Source: a virus. From it: a DNA stretch of 64,000 nucleotides. The notes under the pieces are model-generated. The model did not search any database. It was not told the DNA's origin and was given only the letters and a program-made list of their open reading frames with translations. Positions 1 to 9,472 of the stretch are shown here, in pieces (positions within the stretch are counted from its first letter, which is position 1; each line of letters starts with the position of its first letter). A program made the position numbers and the translations under genes. The stretch covers positions 27,977-91,976 of the IMG/VR virus record IMGVR_UViG_3300029957_000008. One strand, given 5' to 3'.

Positions 1-606
1 TAGTGCAGCGGTCTCAAGGAGTGCAAGCAAGCTGACAATGACCAGAGCCAGGTTCTTCTTGATTGCCGACTCAACCACCACAGCTTCTTCCTTCATGTCC
101 ACTTCAATAGCCTTGACCTCGGCAACAACATTTTCAGGAAGCTTGCGGACTACGGCAACCACCTTATTGATTTCCGTCGTGGTCTTATCCATCCAAGAAG
201 CAAGTTCTTCCTGAACCCGCTTACGTTCATTGTTGACTGACGTCTCAAGCTCGGTCAGAACACCTGCAGCCTTAGTCTTGGCGGAATCAAGATTCTTCTG
301 CGCCGTATTGACTTCCTCGACTACGGCGCTAGCTGCCTTGGTAAGGTCTTCAACCGAAGTCTTAACAACGGCCTTGGCCTCAGTAACCGTGGCGGTTTCA
401 ACTTTGGCTGATACGGCCTCTGCAGTCTTGACTTCGGTTACAACAGCTTGGGTTGCTCCCGTCGTGACACTCTCCACCGTAGTCACAACTGGTGCAACTG
501 CGGCTTCTGCACTTTTAACCTCGGTAACAACCACATTTCCCGCCGTTACGGCGGCGTTTTCAACCTGTACTGCAACATTTCCTACGCTTGTATCAACTTC
601 GCTCAT
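1..606 (-). CDS. Ala/Val/Thr/Glu-rich coiled-coil protein with a hydrophobic segment at the window edge (3' partial)
   Basis: ATG at 606 after GAGGAG. My translation MSEVDTSVGNVAVQVENAAV...KKNLALVIVSLLALLETAAL stays open to base 1. Not in the supplied track because it has no stop in the window. Confidence 0.8.
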   Translation of the reverse strand, partial: MSEVDTSVGNVAVQVENAAVTAGNVVVTEVKSAEAAVAPVVTTVESVTTGATQAVVTEVKTAEAVSAKVETATVTEAKAVVKTSVEDLTKAASAVVEEVNTAQKNLDSAKTKAAGVLTELETSVNNERKRVQEELASWMDKTTTEINKVVAVVRKLPENVVAEVKAIEVDMKEEAVVVESAIKKNLALVIVSLLALLETAAL

Positions 607-941
607 GATTTCTTCTTCTCCTCAATGAATTGAATTCGGTAACTGTCACTTAATTCTGGGCACACCAACGGAAACAGGGTGTACGCAATCAAGCCTTTTA
701 TTTCTGCCATTTTACATATACAGAGATCTTTCCTGTTAAGAACCAACTTTCCTAAGATGTATTCTAATTTTCTAACCGCAGCAAGTAGCGTGCGTTCAAG
801 TTCCTTAACTTCTCCCTTCGCTACGTTTACAGAAACGGAATCTACTCGTTCTTTTGGACAAATAACCCAACCCGAGCCAAATCGATTCTGTCTAGGCTTT
901 CCATACCACAAATCCGTAATTTTAGTGTAATATTCTTTCAT
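603..941 (-). CDS. hypothetical protein
   Basis: AGGAG RBS; ATGA overlap with the next gene. Confidence 0.65.
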   Translation of the reverse strand: MKEYYTKITDLWYGKPRQNRFGSGWVICPKERVDSVSVNVAKGEVKELERTLLAAVRKLEYILGKLVLNRKDLCICKMAEIKGLIAYTLFPLVCPELSDSYRIQFIEEKKKS

Positions 942-958
942 GACAATTTCTATTTCTC

Positions 959-1348
959 CTAAAAGGTGTGATCATATTTTTCTAGAAACTTGTAATAGTC
1001 TTTTAATGCCTTCTTGTGCTCTTTCAAGAACTTTATGGAATCCTTTCCCAATTCAATAACTTGTCTTACAATATCCTTAGCCGTCCTCTTAGCGTTTTCT
1101 AGTGCTTGAACTTTGGTAATGATTTCCATGTCTCGACAACTAGGCATCGGGACGACCCCCGGCTCCGCCAGTTTTTGGCGGTGATACAGAGTATAGTCGG
1201 TTGGCGTATTACAGGCTCTTTCTACTGCCCGCTTACGGGCCTTTGCTCCAGCTAGATTCATTTGGGCATTATTAATGGCTTCCTCAACAATTTTGGCCGT
1301 ATCGGCCATTTTTTCTATGGCCAGCTTGTTTTTACTCTTACCATCCAT
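959..1348 (-). CDS. hypothetical coiled-coil protein
   Basis: Follows the groEL stop at 1351; start taken at MDGKSK (1348). Confidence 0.65.
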   Translation of the reverse strand: MDGKSKNKLAIEKMADTAKIVEEAINNAQMNLAGAKARKRAVERACNTPTDYTLYHRQKLAEPGVVPMPSCRDMEIITKVQALENAKRTAKDIVRQVIELGKDSIKFLKEHKKALKDYYKFLEKYDHTF

Positions 1349-1350
1349 TT

Positions 1351-3198
1351 CTACGCCCTCTCGTTTGCTGGGTTCCAACCGGAATCCCTAATAAAGCTAT
1401 TATAGTCCGCCCCTTCGATTTTGTCCACTTCTTTATCACGAGGATAAACAACACACCCACCAAGAGTTCCCAGCAAGGTGGCAATACTAATGCTGTTTTT
1501 CAAAGCTTCCCGGACTGCAGGAAGAGAATCGAGAATGCCGTTTTCGATGGCATTAACTACCTCGTTCTTACTAATATCCCGGACCATTACGTTTTCGAGC
1601 TTGCCGTTCTTCCGGAACGTGAAGTCCTTCGTCAAGGATTCGTAGCTGGTATCCAACCCGGCATTTTCGTACAGGGTGATGATGGGCATCCAAAGGGCCA
1701 GCTTAATAATTTCCGCCTGAACAGGATCGTTGTCATCCAGAGTATTAATAAGCTTTGCAAGCATCCAGCCACCCCCAATCAAAGCGCCGTGTTTAAGGGC
1801 GCCTCGAACCGCGCAAACCGCGTCTTCCGCCCTATCTCTGCGCTCTTTAAGCTCTCCATTGGAACTACCAATAACCTTTAGCTTCGCAATGCCGCCAGTA
1901 AGCTTCGCCACCCGTTCATTGGTAAGGTCTGCCTCAAGCTTGCTTTCCGAGCTGGCTAGTTGCTGTTTAACTACTTCCAATCGCTGCAGGAGTAGTTCTT
2001 CGTCGGCGAAACCAACAACGCTGCTGCGGTACCGGCCACACTCGTAGGTGGTAACCCCTGCAGGAACCCAAATAGGAGTTCCGGCATCATTTTCCTCGAT
2101 TTTGATGTTACCAAAGTCCGTCTTGTAGCTCCCCTCGCCATCATCGGGAACCATCTCGATTGTCTCAAGCGGACGGGTGACTTGGTCTAGGACCGTAGCA
2201 CCTGTGACTGCGGCAAGGTCGTCCAGGAAGTTCTTCTGGCCATTCATCAACGGAGACTGAGGAACAACTAGAGGAAAAACATTGATCTGTTCAGGATTAC
2301 CAGTGATAAAGGCAAACTGAGCAAGGACCGACTCCGAGAAGCCCGTAGCTACGACAACTAGGTTGTGGCTAGTAATCCAGCCATCCTTCCAGCCGTCAGC
2401 TACTTTAACCAAAGCGGGCAGGATATTCTGGAAATCGGTAATTCGACCAAGGTACAACAAAAACAACGGCTTGTCAGCGACAATTCGCTGGGTGGTGTTG
2501 TCGTTAATAAACGTAGGGAAGAACTTCGCACAGCTCTCCTCGTATCCCATAGCAATCGGGAAGCCCTTGATGGACTCGACTTCGTAGGAAGTAGGGCCAG
2601 AGCTTTCGATAATGGTCACATTTCCATCATCGCCACAAATATCAAAGCACTTCATGACGGCATCACCTAGTTCGGTGTCACCGTTGCCTGAAAGAGCGGC
2701 AACTGAATGCAGCAGCTTACGGCCAGTCTCTGTTCCTAGGGAGCAGGTTATGGCCGATTTGTCAATCAAGGGCTCCAGGACGTTCTTGTAGACATTTTGG
2801 ATGGTCTTAATAACCTTGATGGGCGGTACGCCCGGATTCTTCTTGCAGTATTCTAGGGTGTACCTGACAAATGCCTCAGCCAGAATGGTAGCTGTTGTGG
2901 TTCCATCGCCGGCCTCTACAGCGGTCCTTACGGACGCATCTCGGGCCGCTTCTAGGATGTTCTGGTCTACTGCATCGGGGAACCCAAGGGAGCGGAAGAC
3001 TGTAACTCCGTCTTTGGTAACCATCGGAGCCAGATCCATCTCCTGACGTTCAATCAGGACGGGGTGGCCACCAGGGCCGAGTGTGCCTCCAACGATTTTA
3101 GCGATTTTCTCCATCGTGGAGAGAATGTGGTTCTCTAACTTTTCAGAACGTGGTAAAACGGTCTTAAAGGCTGCGTGTGGCTTAACGGTAGATGCCAA
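1351..3198 (-). CDS. groEL: phage GroEL-like chaperonin (Cpn60)
   Basis: Motifs TLGPGG, TKDGVTV, AGDGTTTAT, ERVAKLTGGIA and EDAVCAVRGA; TTG start after AGGAG. Confidence 0.95.
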   Translation of the reverse strand: MASTVKPHAAFKTVLPRSEKLENHILSTMEKIAKIVGGTLGPGGHPVLIERQEMDLAPMVTKDGVTVFRSLGFPDAVDQNILEAARDASVRTAVEAGDGTTTATILAEAFVRYTLEYCKKNPGVPPIKVIKTIQNVYKNVLEPLIDKSAITCSLGTETGRKLLHSVAALSGNGDTELGDAVMKCFDICGDDGNVTIIESSGPTSYEVESIKGFPIAMGYEESCAKFFPTFINDNTTQRIVADKPLFLLYLGRITDFQNILPALVKVADGWKDGWITSHNLVVVATGFSESVLAQFAFITGNPEQINVFPLVVPQSPLMNGQKNFLDDLAAVTGATVLDQVTRPLETIEMVPDDGEGSYKTDFGNIKIEENDAGTPIWVPAGVTTYECGRYRSSVVGFADEELLLQRLEVVKQQLASSESKLEADLTNERVAKLTGGIAKLKVIGSSNGELKERRDRAEDAVCAVRGALKHGALIGGGWMLAKLINTLDDNDPVQAEIIKLALWMPIITLYENAGLDTSYESLTKDFTFRKNGKLENVMVRDISKNEVVNAIENGILDSLPAVREALKNSISIATLLGTLGGCVVYPRDKEVDKIEGADYNSFIRDSGWNPANERA

Positions 3199-3223
3199 AT
3201 TATACTCCTGAGTTGAAGAGGAT

Positions 3224-3252
3224 ATTGTATCACAACTTCACATCCGCGTCAA
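3224..3252 (-). promoter_or_regulatory. sigma70-type promoter for the groEL operon
   Basis: TTGACG-N17-TACAAT with extended -10 (TGA). Confidence 0.75.
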
Positions 3253-3437
3253 CAGGAAGTTATTACTTTTCACCATTTTGGTAGAAAGTTTGACCTTTCC
3301 ACCGTTTCGGTGGAATCCTACTTTCGGAGGTCGGCAGGTGTGATATTGTGAGCTGGTGTCGTCTAAAGTAAGTTACTAATAACTACCGAAATGTAGTTTG
3401 GTGTGGGAGGTATTCTTACCCGGAATTGCACAGGAAA

Positions 3438-3715
3438 GTGAACGGGTATTCACTTTTTGTGCATTTTGTGAACAGGTGTTCACTTTTTATTAGCAAGAAT
3501 TCAAATTCCTTTATGATTTCAAGGAGTTGCTGAAAAGTGAACGCTTGTTCGCACCCTAGTAGTTCTTACTCTTCTCTTTCTTAAGATCCGGATCTCAGAT
3601 CCTAGTTTGTGAATAGGCGTTCACTTTCGTGTGCCCACTTTCAAATTCCTCAATAAACTCACCTAGTTACAGGAAAGTGAATAAGTATTCACCTTAAAAG
3701 TGAATGCCTATTCAC
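3438..3715. repeat. six palindromic GTGAAY-N4-RTTCAC boxes; putative replication origin or operator array
   Basis: Copies start at 3438, 3468, 3537, 3609, 3677 and 3700. Non-coding, AT-rich, with a central AGATC cluster, directly upstream of the wHTH, initiator-like and helicase genes. Confidence 0.8.
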
Positions 3716-3723
3716 TTTTTGAC

Positions 3724-3753
3724 TTGATTTACTACTCGCCTTCCTGTTATAAT
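3724..3753 (+). promoter_or_regulatory. sigma70-type promoter for the replication operon
   Basis: TTGATT-N18-TATAAT with TGn extension, next to the last palindrome. Confidence 0.65.
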
Positions 3754-3765
3754 TCCATTCCTCAA

Positions 3766-4080
3766 ATGAACGAGAAATTAAAATACTTGGATGGGGCCGA
3801 ACTGGCCCCCGTTAAGATAATACCCCTTTTGCTCAGTCTAGGGTTTAAACACACTGAGACACTAGCCATCCTACTCTGTCTATCAGAGTTGGATGAGGCA
3901 AACCACCTACGGGTGTTTATCTCCGAAATAGCCGATAGAATAAAAGTAACGACAAGGGTAGTTTACTATGCTCTCGATAAAGCAAAAGGATTTGGCCTCA
4001 TGAAGGAAGACGGTCGTTATTTTTTGGGGGATTTTATCACGGAGTTGGTTTCTATTCAAAAAACACAGGAGGAAAGATAA
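3766..4080 (+). CDS. winged-HTH DNA-binding protein
   Basis: ISEIADRIKVTTRVVYYALDKAKGFGLM HTH-wing pattern. Start moved to ATG 3766, downstream of the promoter. Confidence 0.7.
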   Translation: MNEKLKYLDGAELAPVKIIPLLLSLGFKHTETLAILLCLSELDEANHLRVFISEIADRIKVTTRVVYYALDKAKGFGLMKEDGRYFLGDFITELVSIQKTQEER

Positions 4081-4082
4081 AT

Positions 4083-5276
4083 ATGGATTTCGATAGGATG
4101 TACGATGAAATTGATGCGCTCTGGCCTAAGACACGACCCTATGTTCAGAGGGTGCAAGAGAGAAACGTAATCGAGAAGTTCGTGAAAGATGAGGACGCCT
4201 TCGCTCGCCTAAAGAGTGCAGTTGAGATCAAGGTCGAAGATTCCCCCAACAAGCTACCCCTACTTTTCTCTTTCATAGAAAAATTCTTTCGAGTTACCAA
4301 TAAACCCGGTGACACTACCCCGGAACCCCAGTCTGCGGTAGAACATAAGTCATCGGTCCAATTACCTATTCAGGACAATCAAGATGTCGAAAACATCTTC
4401 TCGACCATCTTCGAGTGTTGGCCAGACAACCTAGGTATCACAGAACAGCGCAGCAAAGCGCTGGCTGCGTTTTCAGTCGCTTGTAGGACCGAGACACCAG
4501 AGAACATCCAAAAGGCTTGCCAGGCTTATTCTGATGCGTTTAACGCAGGTGGTATGACCTACCCCCAATTCCTTAGGAACTTCCTCTCCGATCCGGACAC
4601 AGTTGAGGAATGGCTGGCCAAGTTTAATAACAAGACCGGGTTTAGCGACTTTGTTATGAAGCAGTTCGAGGCCGCCTATGCTTGGTATCCGGAATTCACA
4701 TCAAAGTCCACCGAAAAAACCAAGAAGGCCAGTTTGGTAATGTGGTACCGTTCTGTTCCCAAGGATGAGCGATTGGACTTCATGCTCTCGTGTAAGTTCT
4801 ATGCTGAGCATAGAAGGAGCATGGCGGCTGACTTTGATCAGCCCATGGACGAGGAAGTGACGTTTACTAAAAGCTTCAATACTTTCGTTGGAGAGTGGAA
4901 GTCTTTGGTGGACAAGCACCAGGCAGCATTTGTCAAGCGAGACTTTATTAGTAAAGACGTCAAGCTCCTGGCTCTGGAGAACGACATAGATCTTACTAAT
5001 CTGTATGGAGGCGGTATGTGGGAAGACTTCTTTTCTGAAAAAGCCTTTCCTTGCTTCCTCCTGCGATGTCCGACCATCAAAGACGCCATCAAGGCCATGC
5101 TGGAGAAGACCCGTGAGTACGTGGCGGATATGGTTGCCGGGGAGAACAAGAGTATCGTGAACAAGGAACTCGCCATCCGCCAGACAGGCGCCATGGACGT
5201 CGAAAAAGTGACTGAAGCAATTTTTAGTAAGATAGTCGAAACCAAGAGTATTGTACTGCCAAGGCCAAGGAGTTAG
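4083..5276 (+). CDS. replication initiator-like protein with repeated helical domains
   Basis: Repeated F/Y-x(2-4)-W/Y-P...K-A...F-x-x-F modules (FECWP...RSKALAAF...YPQFLRNFL; YAWYP...KKASLVMW...SFNTFV), typical of phage initiator C-terminal domains; next to the putative origin. Confidence 0.55.
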   Translation: MDFDRMYDEIDALWPKTRPYVQRVQERNVIEKFVKDEDAFARLKSAVEIKVEDSPNKLPLLFSFIEKFFRVTNKPGDTTPEPQSAVEHKSSVQLPIQDNQDVENIFSTIFECWPDNLGITEQRSKALAAFSVACRTETPENIQKACQAYSDAFNAGGMTYPQFLRNFLSDPDTVEEWLAKFNNKTGFSDFVMKQFEAAYAWYPEFTSKSTEKTKKASLVMWYRSVPKDERLDFMLSCKFYAEHRRSMAADFDQPMDEEVTFTKSFNTFVGEWKSLVDKHQAAFVKRDFISKDVKLLALENDIDLTNLYGGGMWEDFFSEKAFPCFLLRCPTIKDAIKAMLEKTREYVADMVAGENKSIVNKELAIRQTGAMDVEKVTEAIFSKIVETKSIVLPRPRS

Positions 5277-5278
5277 TT

Positions 5279-6811
5279 TTGGAGCTTCGTCAGGTATCTC
5301 CTACAATTATTAGACTCCCTTCGGAAATAATTACAGAATCCCTAAAGGATTCGCTTACTTACGAGGATAAAAAAGTAACCTATGAATGGTTGAAGTGGCA
5401 CAAGATCCAGAAGCAAGACGACCAATGGCTCCTGAATCCTAAGGGGCGTTCCAGGAACTGGTACTTGGCCAAAAACAGCCGTTTTGATCTCGATGAGAAG
5501 ATACGGCTGCTTGATGGCCAAAGGTTTAAGTCCTTGCTGTTTCAGGACACCCACGGGTACTACACGTACTCTGGGCTAGCCACGATGTTAACAAAAGAAA
5601 CAGGCCTGCCAGTAGTCCGTACGTATGAGTTGCCAGCTTGGGGTAGTATTTGTTGGGCGTCTCCTCCAAAATATGAGGCTAGGTGGTACCAATCCAAGTC
5701 AGTAGACCTATTAGCACCGCTGGATGGCTCTAGGAGCCATGGGGCGATTGAAGTAGGTACTGGCCTAGGAAAAACTTTCATTATGGCTTCCATCATTAAG
5801 AGAATTGGGCTACCTACCGTAATCATGGTCCCAACCCTTTCGATCGCCCTTCAGGCACTAAAGGACTTCAAGGCGTGGTTTGGTAATGGCAAGGTCGGCC
5901 AGTTCTTTGGGGGAAAGAAGCAGTCCAATAAGTTCATCGTTGTCGCCGTGTCGAAGTCTTTGAGCAATGTGAAAAAGGGGGATGAACATTACGAGAATCT
6001 GACGACAAAAAAGATCGTGCTAACCGACGAGGCCCACCTAGCCCCCCCACAGTCTCTGTCCAGTGTTCTGTTTGGGTTGTTTTCTAATATTCCATATCGC
6101 TACTTTGTATCTGGTACGGTGCTTAGGAACGATGGTCTAGGGTTGCTCCTTGATGCTATTACTGGAGAGATCGTCTTCAAGATGTCAGTTGAGCAAGGGA
6201 TCAACGAGGGATTTCTATCTCCTCTGAAATTCTTTCAGGTGAGGGTTAAAAGCGACAGTAGTCTTGATACGGACGACGTTATCAAGATGAATCGTGCTCA
6301 CCTGCAGCAAAATAAAAATGTCTACCGCCATGCTGCGGAGCTTATTAACAAGGCGGTGCTGGAGAAGAAAAGACGGGTTTTGGTGCTGGTAGATACGGTT
6401 GACCAATACCAACGGTTGTTGGATGGTGGGCTCACCGCAACGTCGATGTTTGGTCACGGGCCACTTACTAAAGACAATAGAGATTTAGTTCCTGTAGCGC
6501 AGAGGAATTTTCATCCCATGGATTTGGTTGCCGACTTCGATCTTGGAAAATTCCCTGTATTGGTAGCAACAGGCGCCCTGTCCTGCGGGACGGATATTAG
6601 ATCCGCCGATCTTTTAGTGAACATTGTTGGTCTCACATCCGAGATAGAGACCCGACAGGGGGTTGGCCGGGGAACGAGGCTTTTTCCGGGTAAGACGGAC
6701 ACAATCTATATAGATTATGACGTGTACAACTGCGACATCATGCACCGTCATGCAGAAAAAAGGTTTAGGATTTATAATGAGATTTACGGTTCCTGCAAGG
6801 TCCTAGAATGA
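5279..6811 (+). CDS. superfamily 2 DNA helicase (UvsW/XPB-like)
   Basis: Walker A GTGLGKT, DEAH, SGT and motif VI QGVGRGTR. Confidence 0.9.
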   Translation: MELRQVSPTIIRLPSEIITESLKDSLTYEDKKVTYEWLKWHKIQKQDDQWLLNPKGRSRNWYLAKNSRFDLDEKIRLLDGQRFKSLLFQDTHGYYTYSGLATMLTKETGLPVVRTYELPAWGSICWASPPKYEARWYQSKSVDLLAPLDGSRSHGAIEVGTGLGKTFIMASIIKRIGLPTVIMVPTLSIALQALKDFKAWFGNGKVGQFFGGKKQSNKFIVVAVSKSLSNVKKGDEHYENLTTKKIVLTDEAHLAPPQSLSSVLFGLFSNIPYRYFVSGTVLRNDGLGLLLDAITGEIVFKMSVEQGINEGFLSPLKFFQVRVKSDSSLDTDDVIKMNRAHLQQNKNVYRHAAELINKAVLEKKRRVLVLVDTVDQYQRLLDGGLTATSMFGHGPLTKDNRDLVPVAQRNFHPMDLVADFDLGKFPVLVATGALSCGTDIRSADLLVNIVGLTSEIETRQGVGRGTRLFPGKTDTIYIDYDVYNCDIMHRHAEKRFRIYNEIYGSCKVLE

Positions 6812-6846
6812 ATACTTAAAAAGATATGAATGGACCGAGGAATATT

Positions 6847-6875
6847 TTGACGTTTTTAGAAGACCGTGGTAAGAT
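6847..6875 (+). promoter_or_regulatory. sigma70-type promoter (thyX)
   Basis: TTGACG-N17-TAAGAT with TGG extension. Confidence 0.7.
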
Positions 6876-6888
6876 TCGTTAAATCCAA

Positions 6889-7836
6889 ATGCGAGCCCAA
6901 TCCAACGAAACCTACCTAGATAAGCAAATTCCTGTTCTAGATCACGGGTTTGTAATCCTTCAAGATTATATGGGCGACGACGCGGCCATTGCAGCGGCAG
7001 CCCGCTGTAGTATGGCCGGTGAAGGAACTAAACAAGTGTCGGATGACGAGCGACTGATCCGTCGTTTGATGCGGGACAAACACACTTCACCGTTCGAAAT
7101 GTGCGAGTTGAAGTTCCTGTGCCAGATGCCGATCTTTGTTGCTCGGCAGTGGATCAGGCATCGGACGGCCAACGTAAATGAAATGTCTGGCCGCTACGGT
7201 GAGCTTCCTGAGCTGGTGTATGTGCCAAGCTCCGACAGGGTTGCATATCAAAGCCCCGTCAACAAGCAGGGATCTGGAAGGTTTGCGTCGAACGATGTGG
7301 CAAACGAGTTCAGGGAGCAGCTTGGTGACCTTGCGTCGGAGTCTTTTAGTGCGTACCACGAATTTCTTGGGCATGATGTAGAAACGGAGGAAGGTACGTT
7401 TGCTGGATTTTGTTTTACTGAGGAGGCATTTGAAGAAATCAAGGCCAACGGAGGCATCTCCAGGGAGCTTGCTCGAATCAACCTTCCTGTAGCCACCTAT
7501 ACCAAGTGGGTATGGAAGATTGACCTACACAACCTTCTCCACTTCCTGAAGCTTCGTCTGGACTCTCACGCTCAGTATGAGATTCGGGTGTATGCTGAGG
7601 CTATTGCTGAGATTGTTAAGACAATGTTTCCAATTACTTGGCAAGCATTTCAAGACTTTCAACTGGATGCTTTAACGTTTAGTGGACCAGAGGTCGAATG
7701 TGTCCGTCACTGGCGAATGGATCCCGACAGCATTGCCCCAAAGTTTACCAAGGCCGAAGAGGCTGACTTCCGAAAGAAGCTGGAGCGGCTAGGGTTGGAT
7801 CACGAAGCAATCCTGGGATTGGAGTATAAGGGGTAA
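6889..7836 (+). CDS. thyX: FAD-dependent thymidylate synthase
   Basis: HTSPFE, ThyX motif RHRTANVNEMSGRY, ELAR and HAQYEIR. Confidence 0.95.
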   Translation: MRAQSNETYLDKQIPVLDHGFVILQDYMGDDAAIAAAARCSMAGEGTKQVSDDERLIRRLMRDKHTSPFEMCELKFLCQMPIFVARQWIRHRTANVNEMSGRYGELPELVYVPSSDRVAYQSPVNKQGSGRFASNDVANEFREQLGDLASESFSAYHEFLGHDVETEEGTFAGFCFTEEAFEEIKANGGISRELARINLPVATYTKWVWKIDLHNLLHFLKLRLDSHAQYEIRVYAEAIAEIVKTMFPITWQAFQDFQLDALTFSGPEVECVRHWRMDPDSIAPKFTKAEEADFRKKLERLGLDHEAILGLEYKG

Positions 7837-7838
7837 CT

Positions 7839-8108
7839 ATGGCAGAACCAAAAGAGAATTGGGTTAACAAGATTCTGGATCAGAACAAGAGAGCTATACA
7901 AACCTGGCCCGATTACCTATTAAATCTTACAAACGGCAGTCACCAGCCGCACAGGACATTCCTGGAGCAGCATGTCGCACAGATTAATCGGATTCTTGGG
8001 CTTTTAACCTTCGACCAGAGGGTCGAAGTCATCAGCTCACTAGCCTATTGTATTAACTGCGGAGACGATAAACGCGGAAAGCCATGTAATTGCAGGAGAG
8101 ACGAATAA
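7839..8108 (+). CDS. hypothetical protein with C-terminal CxxC...CxC
   Basis: ORF tightly coupled to thyX. Confidence 0.6.
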   Translation: MAEPKENWVNKILDQNKRAIQTWPDYLLNLTNGSHQPHRTFLEQHVAQINRILGLLTFDQRVEVISSLAYCINCGDDKRGKPCNCRRDE

Positions 8109-8123
8109 TAATTATTTTTTAGC

Positions 8124-8152
8124 TTGCACTCCGCGTTATTACATGGTACAAT
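8124..8152 (+). promoter_or_regulatory. sigma70-type promoter for the phage sigma factor
   Basis: TTGCAC-N17-TACAAT with TGG extension. Confidence 0.7.
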
Positions 8153-8169
8153 ACAGTCATAGGTGAAAT

Positions 8170-9246
8170 TTGGTACTAGTTGAAGACGCCAAGCATTTTC
8201 AGTTCTTTGCAGCCCAGGTTAAAGATGCTATTGAGAAATATGGCACGCTTAACGACGAAACTCTTCTGCAACTGCAGAGGGAGAGGGTGGACGGTTTGTC
8301 TGCTCTGGAGGTGGACTTTAAGCAAGAGCTTCTAAAACACCCCCAGGTCAAGGAAGCCTTTGATGTCTTCTACGACTACATCCTGGTCGAGCGCAAGAAC
8401 CTCCTTTCAGCCAGGCCGTTTTTTCGTGAACGTCACGAGATCTTCGGCCTGGGAATAATGGAAAGTATTCGAACAAGAGACTATCTAAGTACCTGTAAGT
8501 ACAACCTAAATTACCACTTCATCTCGATCCTCGTCAAACGGTTTAAGTTCGAACAGAGCAGTAAGCTAACCAAAACCTTTAACAAGATCCTTGGGTTGCG
8601 CCAAGAGCTGGTTCTCATGAACCTCCCCTTGGTTATTAGTAGAGCCAGGATCTTCTTCTCTAAGACTCCTAAGTCCCACCTGTCCTTTATGGACCTTGTC
8701 CAGATAGGAGTTGGTGGCTTGCTGTCCGCAATTGACAAGTACTGCGGCCAGTACGCTAGAGTTTGGCGTGGTGTAGTTATTGGTAGAATTTCAGGTGACT
8801 ACATTGCCCGATACAATGAAACCTTCATCCACTTCTATCCTGACGAAAAACGGGCTCTGTACCGAGCCCACAAGTTCATGGCTAGGAATGTTGAAGGGGA
8901 GTACCAAGAAGAAACTCTCCTAGCCCAAATCAATGGAGACAACCGGAAGGACAAGTCCAAACCCCTACAGACCAAGGATGCTACAGGGGAAGAAGTCAGA
9001 AACCTGCTTCTAGCAGCCAGCATAGTATCATGTGATACTAGACCTCCACTTGATGATGAAGACGTCGGTGAAGAAAATGTCAACAGGCTCTCGGCACCAG
9101 CAGATACCCGGCCAGATGTCCGGCTCGAACGAGCCGAAAGCTTGGCCGTCATGTTCCACTTCGTTGGGACCTTAACCGTCCTCGAACAAAAAATCCTCAA
9201 ACTAAAGGGACTTGATTTTGATCTCAATCATCAGCACGTCTGCTAA
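8170..9246 (+). CDS. phage sigma70-family RNA polymerase sigma factor (probable late sigma)
   Basis: Region 2.1/2.2: LVLMNLPLVISRAR...SFMDLVQIGVGGLLSAIDKY. Ends after the region-4.1-like LTVLEQKILKLK with no 4.2 HTH. Confidence 0.85.
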   Translation: MVLVEDAKHFQFFAAQVKDAIEKYGTLNDETLLQLQRERVDGLSALEVDFKQELLKHPQVKEAFDVFYDYILVERKNLLSARPFFRERHEIFGLGIMESIRTRDYLSTCKYNLNYHFISILVKRFKFEQSSKLTKTFNKILGLRQELVLMNLPLVISRARIFFSKTPKSHLSFMDLVQIGVGGLLSAIDKYCGQYARVWRGVVIGRISGDYIARYNETFIHFYPDEKRALYRAHKFMARNVEGEYQEETLLAQINGDNRKDKSKPLQTKDATGEEVRNLLLAASIVSCDTRPPLDDEDVGEENVNRLSAPADTRPDVRLERAESLAVMFHFVGTLTVLEQKILKLKGLDFDLNHQHVC

Positions 9247-9472
9247 GGGAACTACCGTTACTGGCGTTCAATCTACCTGTCTAGGAGAGAATCCGTCACT
9301 GAATGATTCAGTACTTTTTAGTGACAGGATTGGAAACAAGCTACAGATTGACGCTCACCTGATGTACCTTGGACTGGTCCAGATTGCCAAGCATAGAAAC
9401 GTTAAGATCGTTGATATTATTGAGAAAATCTCTAAAACACTAGAGGAGACTACCAGTGCGGACGCTGAATAG
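9212..9472 (+). CDS. hypothetical protein
   Basis: Fills the gap between the sigma and GroES-like genes. Confidence 0.5.
   Translation: MILISIISTSAKGTTVTGVQSTCLGENPSLNDSVLFSDRIGNKLQIDAHLMYLGLVQIAKHRNVKIVDIIEKISKTLEETTSADAE

Noticed and set aside
230-628. Plus-strand 132-aa ORF and the many other antisense or nested ORFs in the track (e.g. 9665-10336, 26896-27597, 60380-61039)
   Set aside because: These are shadows of well-supported genes on the opposite strand or in another frame, with no RBS or motifs.
3438-3715. CRISPR array or LexA (Cheo) boxes
   Set aside because: Repeats are only 16 bp with a variable core and irregular spacing, and no cas genes are present. Only two of six match GAAC-N4-GTTC. 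The context favours origin or operator sites, although LexA binding is not excluded.
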